Source of the DNA: Myxococcales bacterium
GTDB lineage: Bacteria > Myxococcota_A > UBA9042
Length of the DNA stretch: 64,000 nucleotides
NCBI GenBank assembly: GCA_037441385.1
Contig: JBBISH010000021.1
Coordinates: 1-64,000, forward strand
Reading direction: 5' to 3'
Part shown: piece after piece, positions 39,763-48,716 of the stretch
Layout: every line of letters starts with the position of its first letter
Numbering within the stretch: position 1 is the first letter of the stretch
Made by a program: the position numbers and the translations under genes
Notes under the pieces: generated by a model
Told to the model about the DNA's origin: nothing
Databases searched by the model: none
Seen by the model: only the letters and a program-made list of their open reading frames with translations

Positions 39763-39779
39763 TGTCGATTTTCTCGACA
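39763..39779. promoter_or_regulatory. Palindrome TGTCGA-N5-TCGACA, candidate enhancer (UAS) for the sigma54 promoter
   Basis: Perfect 6-bp inverted repeat about 65-80 bp upstream of the -24 element. Confidence 0.4.
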
Positions 39780-39842
39780 CTCGCACCGCTCGGCCCTTGG
39801 GAGAAAGCGCTGCAGAATCCATGCGCTAGGCGAGCTAGCGAC

Positions 39843-39859
39843 TTGGCACGGCCTTTGCT
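39843..39859 (+). promoter_or_regulatory. Sigma54 (-24/-12) promoter
   Basis: TTGGCACG-GCCT-TTGCT matches TGGCACG-N4-TTGCW with GG-N10-GC spacing, about 50 bp upstream of ATG 39912. Confidence 0.75.
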
Positions 39860-39911
39860 TTGGTTTTGGCTGAACGTCCGCCTTGCGGCCTTTTTCGCCA
39901 CGGAGTCCACC

Positions 39912-42032
39912 ATGCGACCGACCTACCTTGCCCTGGGCCTGGCCCTTGCGACCGCGCCGCTGGCGCAAACTGCCCTTGCCTGCGGTGGCTGCTTCTCGCC
40001 GCCCGCGCCCACCCTGGACCAGACGGTGGTGCAAAATGCCGAGCGCGTGCTGTTCTACCGCGATGAAATCACCAAGAAATCGACGGTGTGGGTCGAGGTG
40101 CGCTACAGCGGCCTGGCCCAGGATTTTGGCTGGGTGCTGCCCGTGCCCAAGGTGCCCAAGGTGGGCGTGGGATCGACGGCGGTGTTCGACGCGTTGGACG
40201 CCAAGATGCGCATGCGCTACCACTTTGTCTACGACCAGCCCGAGAATTGCCGTGATCCTTGGCAGGGTTGCAAGCAAGAGATGTACCCGATGGCCGGGTC
40301 GAGCAACGACTTCAACTCGGCCGATGCGAGCGCAGGGGCGGACTCGGGGGGCAGCGTCTCGGGCGGCGGCCCCAAGGTGGAAGTGTTGGCCCAAGGGAGC
40401 ACGGGTCCGTACGACTACCAAGTGGTGGCCAGCAACGACGCCAACCTGCTGTATACTTGGTTGAATACCCGCGGGTATGCCATCCCGGAAAAGAGCAAGC
40501 CGATCATCGACTCGCACATCAAGAAGGGCGACAAGTTCGTGGCGGTCAAGCTGAGCAATGGCCAAGGGATCAAGGCGATCCGGCCGATCACGCTGGAGAT
40601 GGACGACAGCGAGGCCTGCGTGCCGCTGCGCCTGACCAGTATCGCCGCCGCCGAGGACATGCAGGTGGTGGTGACCGTGGCCGGGCCAAACCGCGCGCTG
40701 GTCAAGAACTATCTGGACGTGGAGCCCAATCCGCTGCGGATGGCGCTGGATCCGGCGAGCGCGGGCAACGACCTTGCCTGTACGGACTTTGCCACGGGCA
40801 AGGGCTACTACGGGCAGCTGTGCAAGATTCCGAACAACTTCGAGCAGGTCGCGGCGGCGGCCATCGACGAGGCGGCTGGGCGGGCGTTCATCACCGAGTC
40901 GGCCATGCCGGGCGGCAGCGTGGGCCAGCTCTCGCCGCTGCAGAAGATCACCGGGAAGGAATTTGCCAACGCGACCAACCTGTTCAACTTGGGCACCGTT
41001 TTGCTGAGCCTGCAGGGTGTGCTGCCCATCGACGAAGGGACCGCTGCCGTGATGGCGCCGCACTTGCCACTGAGCCAAGTGATGCCGGGGGTGGTGCCGG
41101 CACAAGCGCTCGCGAATCTGAGGGCCTGCGCGAGCTTCTGGCAGATGGGCCAGGGGCAGCCATGCGCGCTGCCGAACGGGCCTACCCTGACCAAGGAGCA
41201 GCTGCAGGCGGCGACCTTTGCCCCGCAGCCGCTGGCCGACGACGTGACCCAGAACCTGGTGGGCCCGGTAGCCGACGCGGCCAAGAAAATCGCGGCCAAT
41301 GGCTGGGTGACGCGGCTGTCGCTGCGGATCTCGCCCGAAGAGATGGACCGCGACCCGGTGTTTGCCTACAACCCGGCGCTGCCGGCGCGTGCGCCCGACC
41401 GCATGGTCGGCTTCAATACCGTGTGTATGGACGGCTGGTACAACGGCCCGCAGGCCTATCGCCTGACCTTTGACGGCCTGGGTTCGTGGGTATTCGACCA
41501 AACCAAGACCAACACCAAAGACCCGCGCTTTGCCCAGGCGCCGTACGCCCTTGCGGTAGAGCTTCAGGACGAGAGCGGCCCGGCCATGACGATCGCCAAG
41601 GACCAGGTTGACTTCGTCGACAGCGCCATCAAGGGCGCCCTGCCCGGCCAGCCCAGCCTGCCCAAAGACCTGGTGCTGAAGACGCCGGTGCCGTGGGCGC
41701 CGCCGCCGTCGGACATCTTGGTCACCAAGGTGGGCCCGTGGCACAAGCCCTACAACTGGTGCGAACCCAAGGCCGGCTGGGTCGACGGCCAGCCCGCCCC
41801 AAGCGGTGAAGTGCCCAAGACCGATGCCGGCTCGACCAGCGGCCCCGTGCCGGGCGTCGACGCCGTGAGCGGCTGGACCGACGCCGTCTCGCCGCAAGCC
41901 ACCGTCAGCAGCGCCAGCAACCCGAGTGACAGTGGCTGTACGGCCGGTACGCGCGGGAACTCGGCGTGGGGGATGCTGATTCTGGCCGGCCTAGCGCTGT
42001 GGGTGCGGCGGCTACGGGTCGCCCGCCAATAG
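39912..42032 (+). CDS. DUF2330-domain surface protein with MYXO-CTERM-like anchor
   Basis: Signal ALA-CGGCF, VVQNAERVLF, DFGWVLPVP, GPYDYQVV, WLNTRGY, FVAVKL, VPLRLT; SGC-TM-RR tail. Confidence 0.85.
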   Translation: MRPTYLALGLALATAPLAQTALACGGCFSPPAPTLDQTVVQNAERVLFYRDEITKKSTVWVEVRYSGLAQDFGWVLPVPKVPKVGVGSTAVFDALDAKMRMRYHFVYDQPENCRDPWQGCKQEMYPMAGSSNDFNSADASAGADSGGSVSGGGPKVEVLAQGSTGPYDYQVVASNDANLLYTWLNTRGYAIPEKSKPIIDSHIKKGDKFVAVKLSNGQGIKAIRPITLEMDDSEACVPLRLTSIAAAEDMQVVVTVAGPNRALVKNYLDVEPNPLRMALDPASAGNDLACTDFATGKGYYGQLCKIPNNFEQVAAAAIDEAAGRAFITESAMPGGSVGQLSPLQKITGKEFANATNLFNLGTVLLSLQGVLPIDEGTAAVMAPHLPLSQVMPGVVPAQALANLRACASFWQMGQGQPCALPNGPTLTKEQLQAATFAPQPLADDVTQNLVGPVADAAKKIAANGWVTRLSLRISPEEMDRDPVFAYNPALPARAPDRMVGFNTVCMDGWYNGPQAYRLTFDGLGSWVFDQTKTNTKDPRFAQAPYALAVELQDESGPAMTIAKDQVDFVDSAIKGALPGQPSLPKDLVLKTPVPWAPPPSDILVTKVGPWHKPYNWCEPKAGWVDGQPAPSGEVPKTDAGSTSGPVPGVDAVSGWTDAVSPQATVSSASNPSDSGCTAGTRGNSAWGMLILAGLALWVRRLRVARQ

Positions 42033-43928
42033 TGCATCCAAGTCCAGACCGCGCCATTCGCGCACCTTGGCGGCATAGGCCGGCGGCCCGCCTTGCTGCC
42101 AGGTAGCATCCAACACCGCAACATAACGATCCAATCGCGCGACCAGTTGGTCCTGAGGCGCCAGAGCCCGTGCACGCGCCACCTCGTCGCGGGCCGTGTC
42201 GCGCCAGCCGCGCCGCAGCGCCTGGGCGGCCTGCAGGGCGTGCTGCCACAGCAGCACCATCCGTGTGGGGTGATCGGCCAGATCCGCAGGCGTCAGGCGG
42301 CTGTACAGGTCCTGCCACGCGCGGTCCTGGGCCTGCCGCACCTGCACCAGGTCGTAAGGCGCGGCTTGCTCGGCGCGGTTCTGCAGCCGCTGCACGAGTG
42401 GGGCAAAATGCCACACTTCGGGGGCCAGCCGCGCCTGCGGGTCCAGCTCGGCATAGACGGGCTGCCGCTCCAGTAAGGCGAGCAGCCCCGGTACCGGCGC
42501 CGCCTGCCGCTGTACGGCCTCCGCAGCCAGGGACGCCAAGGGCGGATAGCGCCTCTGGAACCAGGCGGCGTGACCGCGACCGCCGTCGGTGTCGCCCACG
42601 CGGAAGCTCAGATGCACGACCTGCCAGTCGGGCCGCCGCCCTTCGGCCAAGCGAAAGGCGGCCTCGCTGTACTGCGTGCCGTAGTAGTTGGTCAGGACCA
42701 GGGCACCGGGCGCCACCTCGCGGCGGGCCAGGCTGTCGAGCACATCTGGGGCCCGCAGCGCGCCGGGGTTGCTGGCGACATCACTAGTCAGCGCCCCCAC
42801 TTGCAGTCCCGCCGCCGCCAGACCCAACACGCCAGCCGCCCATGTCGCGGCCTTGGGCGCCCGCGCCAGCACCGCCCCTAGCTGCGCCACTCCCAGAGCC
42901 AGCGCGGCCACGGCCATCAGCACATAGCCGTGGTCGTCGGCGTTGTGGGTGTCGATCTGCATCAGCCCTTTCGTGAACAGTCCCAGCAGCAGGGTCACCG
43001 CCAGCACCGCCGCGACCCGCGTCCGCAACAGCCCGCCCAAGCCCAGGCCCAGCAACCCCGCAACCGGCAGGGCGATGCCGCCGGCATCCAGGATCATCGC
43101 CAACAAGATCATCAGGTTGTCGCCGTAGTGCACCTGCGCGGCCGACACCGAGCGCTGGAAGTGCTTGGCGGTCACCGTGTCCCACAGGCCAGGCAAGGTG
43201 GTGGGATCGCCCCAACGCAGCTCCACATCGCCGCGTGCGCGCAGCCACAACGCCAGATAACCCAAGGCCAGCCAAGCACAACCGAGCAGCAGCGCCAACG
43301 CCAACCGCCGATCGCGCCGCACCAACGGCCACAGCGCTGGCCAGGCCGCCAACAGCGCGGGAGGCAACGCAAACAGCGTCACATAGTGGTGGTTCAGCGC
43401 ACCCAGACAAAAGGCCACGGCCGCCGCGCCCAGGTGCCCGGCTACCGGTTCGCCCTGCTGAGCCGCCCTGCCCGCCCGCAACGCCGCCAAAAGCATCCAC
43501 AAATTGCCCGCGAGGGCTAGGGTGTAGACCTCGGCGCGGGTCGCTACTTGCCACAGCGAGCCCGAGGTCAGCAGAGTCAAGGCCGCCAGTCCCGCCCAGA
43601 CCTCGGCCCGCCAACCGGCCAGGTACTCGGACAGGACCAGGCGCGCCAGGCGCACCAGCAACAGCGCGGCCATACCGGCCAACAGCGCCGATAGCCAGGC
43701 CACGCGGACTGCCTGGGGTCCAAGCGGCAGCAGCTCGCTCAAGCCCGCCAGCGACAGCCACGCCGGGTGTCCGGGAGGGTGGACCACGCCCAAAGTACGG
43801 GCAGCTGCAATGAATTCGCCCGAATCGAGCCAGGATCCAGCCGGCGCAGCGCACAGGCCGGTCGCGGACATGGCCAGGGCAAAGGCGCTCCATGCCAGCG
43901 GATCCTGGCGCAGCGGCCGATCAGGCAT
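42012..43928 (-). CDS. DUF2723 / TMEM260-like GT-C membrane glycosyltransferase
   Basis: WLDSGEF...LGVVHPPGHP, ATRAEVY, WGDP; many TM helices. Confidence 0.82.
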   Translation of the reverse strand: MPDRPLRQDPLAWSAFALAMSATGLCAAPAGSWLDSGEFIAAARTLGVVHPPGHPAWLSLAGLSELLPLGPQAVRVAWLSALLAGMAALLLVRLARLVLSEYLAGWRAEVWAGLAALTLLTSGSLWQVATRAEVYTLALAGNLWMLLAALRAGRAAQQGEPVAGHLGAAAVAFCLGALNHHYVTLFALPPALLAAWPALWPLVRRDRRLALALLLGCAWLALGYLALWLRARGDVELRWGDPTTLPGLWDTVTAKHFQRSVSAAQVHYGDNLMILLAMILDAGGIALPVAGLLGLGLGGLLRTRVAAVLAVTLLLGLFTKGLMQIDTHNADDHGYVLMAVAALALGVAQLGAVLARAPKAATWAAGVLGLAAAGLQVGALTSDVASNPGALRAPDVLDSLARREVAPGALVLTNYYGTQYSEAAFRLAEGRRPDWQVVHLSFRVGDTDGGRGHAAWFQRRYPPLASLAAEAVQRQAAPVPGLLALLERQPVYAELDPQARLAPEVWHFAPLVQRLQNRAEQAAPYDLVQVRQAQDRAWQDLYSRLTPADLADHPTRMVLLWQHALQAAQALRRGWRDTARDEVARARALAPQDQLVARLDRYVAVLDATWQQGGPPAYAAKVREWRGLDLDALLAGDP

Positions 43929-44460
43929 GGGCGTCCAAGAACCGCTCGTCCACGGCGCTTTGACCCGGGGACTCTTCGACCCGCACAAGAATGCGTTGAA
44001 TTTTCAGGTCCGGCAGCCTGTGAGGCAACTGCAGCAGCACTTGATCCAGCAGCCAGCCAGCCAGCAACTCGGACGAGGTGTTGGCGATTTCGAGCAGCCG
44101 CACGTCGCGCGCCGGCAGCGAGAACCGGTCGATCTGGCCGTCGGGCTCGGAAAATTCTACAAGAATCTGACGATCTTGCTGGGTCACGCGCAAGGCCGGG
44201 TGCTGGGTGGGCAGCAGCGTGCGGTGGTCGAGCGCGTCGCAGGCGGCCTTGAACAACGGCTTGACGACAATGAAATCGGCCACCAAATGCCCGGCGTCCA
44301 ATTCGGCGTCGATCTCGAGCTCGGCCCGGTAGTTGTGGCCGTGCAGTTCTTCGCGCGTGCCGTTGCCGAAGATGAGGAAGTGCGCGGAACCAAAATTGAA
44401 GTACTGTTTGTCCAGGCGGATGCCATGGCGACGTCGCACCGAGTTTGGCGGTTGCAGCAA
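43921..44460 (-). CDS. PTPS/QueD (COG0720) family paralog, PTPS-III-like (ExxHGH)
   Basis: FGSAHF, REELHGHNY, DF, LDHRTLLP, NTSSE, EESP. Confidence 0.85.
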   Translation of the reverse strand: MLQPPNSVRRRHGIRLDKQYFNFGSAHFLIFGNGTREELHGHNYRAELEIDAELDAGHLVADFIVVKPLFKAACDALDHRTLLPTQHPALRVTQQDRQILVEFSEPDGQIDRFSLPARDVRLLEIANTSSELLAGWLLDQVLLQLPHRLPDLKIQRILVRVEESPGQSAVDERFLDAHA

Positions 44461-44481
44461 AATGCCCCCCAGAAGGTCGCG

Positions 44482-44847
44482 CTAGCCCTGGGGGCCGCGG
44501 TAAGTGCACGAAGTGGTGCAAGTTTCGCGAACCGTCACCGCGGCCAGGCCGGGCAGCCCGGGGGCGATGCGCTCCCACAGCCAGCGGCAAAGCACCTCCG
44601 AGGTCGGGTTGCTGAGGCCCTCGATCTCGTTGAGGTATTGGTGGTCCAGCGCGTCGATGTGCGGTTTGCACGCGCGCTTGATGTCGCCGTAGTCCACCAC
44701 CCAACCCGTCTCGGCGCCCAGTTCGCCGCGGACCATCACTTCGACCACAAACGAGTGGCCGTGCAAACGCCCGCACTTGTGCCCTTGTGGCACGCCGGTC
44801 AAACGGTGGGCAGAGTCGAATCGAAAGCTTTTCGTCAGTTCAAACAT
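44482..44847 (-). CDS. queD: 6-carboxy-5,6,7,8-tetrahydropterin synthase
   Basis: FDSAHRL, HKCGRLHGHSF (Cx3HGH), LDHQYLNEIEGLSNPTSE, ETC. Confidence 0.92.
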   Translation of the reverse strand: MFELTKSFRFDSAHRLTGVPQGHKCGRLHGHSFVVEVMVRGELGAETGWVVDYGDIKRACKPHIDALDHQYLNEIEGLSNPTSEVLCRWLWERIAPGLPGLAAVTVRETCTTSCTYRGPQG

Positions 44848-44889
44848 GGTCTTTGGCTGCCCGCACTGCGGCGGGTTGGCGAGTGGGCG

Positions 44890-45822
44890 CTAGGCGGCCC
44901 AGGTCAATAGCAGGCGGTCGGCCACGACTTCGTGCTCTAGTGTCTGGCCAGGCAGTTGAAAACGACGCAACATCGAGCGCCCCACCGTGACCGCGTGTTC
45001 CGTGGCAAACAGCCCTTGCGGAATCGGCACATCGCAGACGCGCTGCCCGGATCGCTTGCTGCCGTCGATCGACAAGGCCACGCGCACGCCGCGACTTTTG
45101 GCGCGATCGATCGCGGCCAGAAGCCGGCTGAGAGTGAACGCTTGCGCACCGTACAAGGTGGCCTCGCTGTCGCTGTACGGCGGGTCGCAGTAGACCAAGT
45201 CGCCGCGGCGGGCACCGTCGAGCATGGCCTCGAAGTCGCTGTGCACAAAGCGGGTTTGCGCCAGCCTCGCATGCCAGGCCGCGCTGCGGCGGGCGAATTC
45301 GCTGGGCTCGATGGGCCGGTGGATCCCGCAAGGCGTGTTCATCGCACCGATTTTCGAGAAACGGATCACCCCGCCGTAGCAGGACCGGGTCAAGAACAGC
45401 AAGTCGGCGGCGTTGGGCTCGCGGTTGTAGCTGTCGCGCAAGGCCTTGTAAACCAACACCTTGTCGCCCGCGTGCATGGCGTTCCAGCGCTCGGTGTACC
45501 AGGCAACGACCTGCTCGGGCTGACTGGCCACGGCGGACCAAAGGTCGATGAGCGGTCCGAGCACGTCCGAGGCCACCCCGCGCTGGGGCGCCAGGGTCGC
45601 CAGCACCGCCGCGGATCCCACAAAGGGCTCGTAGTAAGTACCGATGTCCTTGGGAAAAGTGGCGACGATGGCGCGGGCAAAGCGCTGCTTGCTGCCGATC
45701 CACTTGAGCAATTGACCTTTGGGCGGCTCCGCGACGGGTACCGCGGCGGCCTGCGCGCTGGCCTTGGCTTCGGCAAACGGCAGCGCGACCGCCTGGGCGG
45801 CGCCTGGCACGGTACGGACCAT
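44890..45822 (-). CDS. Dam-family (alpha class) DNA adenine methyltransferase, orphan
   Basis: LLKWIGSK, YYEPFVGSAAV, LTRSCYGG, VYCDPPY. Confidence 0.9.
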   Translation of the reverse strand: MVRTVPGAAQAVALPFAEAKASAQAAAVPVAEPPKGQLLKWIGSKQRFARAIVATFPKDIGTYYEPFVGSAAVLATLAPQRGVASDVLGPLIDLWSAVASQPEQVVAWYTERWNAMHAGDKVLVYKALRDSYNREPNAADLLFLTRSCYGGVIRFSKIGAMNTPCGIHRPIEPSEFARRSAAWHARLAQTRFVHSDFEAMLDGARRGDLVYCDPPYSDSEATLYGAQAFTLSRLLAAIDRAKSRGVRVALSIDGSKRSGQRVCDVPIPQGLFATEHAVTVGRSMLRRFQLPGQTLEHEVVADRLLLTWAA

Positions 45823-47555
45823 CAGCGATCCCGTCCGGGGTCGTTGCGCCGCAAAGCTTCGTCGAAGCGCGGACCTTGCGGGCGTTGGGCCGGATCGCCG
45901 GGCTGCGGCACAGGCATCCCAGGATTGGCGCGGCGCTCCGCCTCGGACAGTGGGCGCGGCTGCAGGCGCGGGCGCCCGTCGTCGGGCTGGCGGTCATACG
46001 AGCCCGTGCCGCGGCCCAAACGGTAGCGCTCGCCCGACGGCGGCGGCTCGGCGTCCTGACGCATCGGCAGCGCATCTGGCTCGCGGTAGGGATCGAACGA
46101 GGCCGAGGCCTTGCCCAGGCGATAGCGCTCGTTTTGCTGCACTGGCTCCAGGTCCGGCCGGCGTGGCGGCATGTCGGGCTCGGCCGGGCGCGCCGGTTCG
46201 CGGTACGGATCGAAGGACCCCGACGCTTTGCTCAGCCGGTATCGCTCCGTGGAAGGAGCAGGCGGCACGCGGGCTTCTTGCATCTCGGCCATGCGCTGCT
46301 CGCGGGTCATCGGCGGCAGCGGTGGCGGCAGCTCGGTGTCCAGCACGGCGGTTAGCGGCACCGCTCCGTCCCTGCTGGCAATGTCGGCCTTCCCACGCAA
46401 ATTCGCGTAGATATCTGACGAGTCCAGCATCTCGGTGTTCTGGTCGTGGAAGCCGCGGCGGCCCGTTGGACGCACCTCTTCGGCGGCCGGCGTCGATGGG
46501 CGGACCTGCTGCGGGTGGATGCGGATCGCCGGCATTTCCACGGGAACCTGCGCCGCGGCCGGTGCCAGTCGATCGGTGCGCGGATCGATCTCGCCATAGC
46601 CAATCCCGTGCTGCTCCAGCTCGGCCAGCGAGCCGATCATCGTCGGTTGCGGCACGTCCGGCAGCGGCACACTTGGCCGAGGCTCAGGCGGCGGCGGCCG
46701 CTGGTCGACCTGCCGCGCCAGATCCGCAGCAGCCGTGGTCGCGTTGGGGCTGTGCGATGGTCGCACAAAACCGCCCGCCACGGGTCGCGAATCCGCTTGC
46801 CGGCGCTGCGCCGACATGGCGCCAGGGTCATGGCGCATCCCAGGCGAGCGGTCCATAGGCAGGGGCGCCGCCTGCGGCACCTTGGGGCGCTCGGGCAGCG
46901 GCGCTGCGAGCAGTAGGCCATGGGCTTCGATCGGCAGCAGGTGCACGCGCACACCAACCCGGCCCAGTTGCACCACGTCGCCGTCGCGGAGGCGGCAGCG
47001 CTCGTCGATGGGCCGGCCGTTGACCGACGACCCCTCTTTGCTGCCCAAGTCAAAGGCGAACAGGCCGTAGTCGCTGTAGCACTCGATGATCAGGTGCTGA
47101 TCCGAGATCGACGCGTCGTTGAGGATCAGGTCGGCGTTGTTGCGGCCCAACACCACCCGGCTGCGTCGGTAGACCAGCCCGTATTGCACCGCACCGTCCA
47201 AAAGCACCGTCAGGCCCACGGCAATTTGCGCGGGCGTGTCGTCGCGGGCGTACATCAGCTCGCGATCGCCCACCAAGATGGTGTCGCCCGAGTACAGGCG
47301 GTGCAGGCCGCGCACCATTTGGCCGTTCAGCAGGACCTTGGCACCCTCGAACACCTTGAGATGATGGGAACCCTCGCGCGCATACACCAAGCAGGTCTGC
47401 GGCCGCACCTGCTGATTGTCGATCCAGATGTCGTTGCTTTGGTCGCGGCCGATGCGGACATCGGCGTCTTCCAAAGTAAAGCGCAACACCCGCCCTTCGT
47501 CTTCGACAAAGAGGTAGGCGGCTTCGGCTTCGCGGCGTGAGGAGATCAGTTCGAT
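45822..47555 (-). CDS. Tandem FHA-domain protein with a Pro-rich disordered tail; start ATC 47555 proposed (GTG 47489 in the ORF track)
   Basis: IGRDQSND and LGR...SISDQH...DLGS..G..VNG FHA patterns; the frame stays open upstream with a GGGGTG SD. Confidence 0.8.
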   Translation of the reverse strand: MELISSRREAEAAYLFVEDEGRVLRFTLEDADVRIGRDQSNDIWIDNQQVRPQTCLVYAREGSHHLKVFEGAKVLLNGQMVRGLHRLYSGDTILVGDRELMYARDDTPAQIAVGLTVLLDGAVQYGLVYRRSRVVLGRNNADLILNDASISDQHLIIECYSDYGLFAFDLGSKEGSSVNGRPIDERCRLRDGDVVQLGRVGVRVHLLPIEAHGLLLAAPLPERPKVPQAAPLPMDRSPGMRHDPGAMSAQRRQADSRPVAGGFVRPSHSPNATTAAADLARQVDQRPPPPEPRPSVPLPDVPQPTMIGSLAELEQHGIGYGEIDPRTDRLAPAAAQVPVEMPAIRIHPQQVRPSTPAAEEVRPTGRRGFHDQNTEMLDSSDIYANLRGKADIASRDGAVPLTAVLDTELPPPLPPMTREQRMAEMQEARVPPAPSTERYRLSKASGSFDPYREPARPAEPDMPPRRPDLEPVQQNERYRLGKASASFDPYREPDALPMRQDAEPPPSGERYRLGRGTGSYDRQPDDGRPRLQPRPLSEAERRANPGMPVPQPGDPAQRPQGPRFDEALRRNDPGRDR

Positions 47556-47579
47556 GACGGCACCCCGAGCAGGACTCCG

Positions 47580-48704
47580 CTAGCGTACACCAGGCGCGGT
47601 CGGGCTGGCCAGTTGCTTGATCAGCTTGTCGATCACGACCGGCTCTAGATGGCCGCGCAACGCGTCGCCGTGCCAGATCAGTTGGGCTCCGCCCAGCAGA
47701 CGTTCGCGGTACTCGGTGCGCTCGCGGGCGGCCCATTGATCGCAAAGCTTGTGGCGAATCGCCACCGCGACGGGGTGCTCGGTCGCCGCGGTGGGCGTGT
47801 GTGGCAGGCCCACCGACTCGGGCTGACGGGCCGCCAGCACCAAGACGTGCGGCGAGTCCTCGCCATCCAGGGGGCCCAGGACCTCGCCCAGCTCTGCCTT
47901 CTGGACCGCCGACTGCACGGCCGGGTCTGCCGAGCGAAACCGCGCCCCCTGATAGGCCGGCAACCCTTGCTGCCAGAATGTGTAGCGAAGGATCCGCAAC
48001 CGCCGATCTTTTTGCTGGAAATCGGCAAGAAGCTGCTCAAAGCGCGGCAGGTACTGAAAGCGCAGCGGCGTCTCGTCCAGCACGATGTTCGAGGCTTGCG
48101 CTGCCAGCCCCAGCGGCGGCAGTTGGGCGTACTCGCCGCGCAGTTGCCTGGCAAATTCGGTTAGTTGCTGGCGAATCGCACTGCGGCACTGCTCCACTTC
48201 GGCAATCGGACAGCCCTCGCCGCGTTCGCAGCACTGGCCGGCGGCATCCCACACCGTCCACGCCGGGGGATGCTTGTAGGTCGGCAGGTTTTCCATATAG
48301 TACAAGCGAACTTCGGTCTCACCCACTGCGCAGCCGTGCTCGTCGTTGAACGTCTGTCGCAGCAGCCGGTCCGAAGCCTGAGCCGCCGTCTCGGTCGCCT
48401 GGGCCAGCGCCCCCACGACGCGCATCTCGCGCAACACTAGAAGATCGCTGGCCGCCAGCGCCGCCGCGCGCACCGCTGCCTCGGGCTTGCCCGGCCCCAT
48501 CTCGGCTTGAATGGGCCCAAGCCGCTCGGCCAACTGCGACCAGCGCAGCGGCAGAGTGTCCACTTCGGCCACCACCGGATCGGCGGGAAGCTCAGGCTGG
48601 GCAACGCGTACCGGCGGTTCTTCGGCTGGACGACGGCAAGCCAGCGCCGTCAGCACCGCCAACGCGAGCAGAATCGACAGCCGCGACAGGGAATTGGCTG
48701 CCAT
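47580..48704 (-). CDS. Lipoprotein, weak SurA/PrsA-like foldase architecture
   Basis: Lipobox ALAC; VVAEVD, EVRLYY, LGEVLGP..HVLVL patterns; parvulin catalytic motifs not evident. Confidence 0.6.
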   Translation of the reverse strand: MAANSLSRLSILLALAVLTALACRRPAEEPPVRVAQPELPADPVVAEVDTLPLRWSQLAERLGPIQAEMGPGKPEAAVRAAALAASDLLVLREMRVVGALAQATETAAQASDRLLRQTFNDEHGCAVGETEVRLYYMENLPTYKHPPAWTVWDAAGQCCERGEGCPIAEVEQCRSAIRQQLTEFARQLRGEYAQLPPLGLAAQASNIVLDETPLRFQYLPRFEQLLADFQQKDRRLRILRYTFWQQGLPAYQGARFRSADPAVQSAVQKAELGEVLGPLDGEDSPHVLVLAARQPESVGLPHTPTAATEHPVAVAIRHKLCDQWAARERTEYRERLLGGAQLIWHGDALRGHLEPVVIDKLIKQLASPTAPGVR

Positions 48705-48716
48705 CCGCGCGGCGAC

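Noticed and set aside
39678..41897. Apparent ~740-aa N-terminal extension of the ABC permease (1144-aa ORF)
   Set aside because: It is the antisense frame of the DUF2330 gene; the permease starts at ATG 39677
43921..45822. 7-deazaguanine (Dpd) DNA-modification island
   Set aside because: Only queD-like genes and a Dam-like MTase are present; no dpdA/tgt, queC, queE or folE in the window
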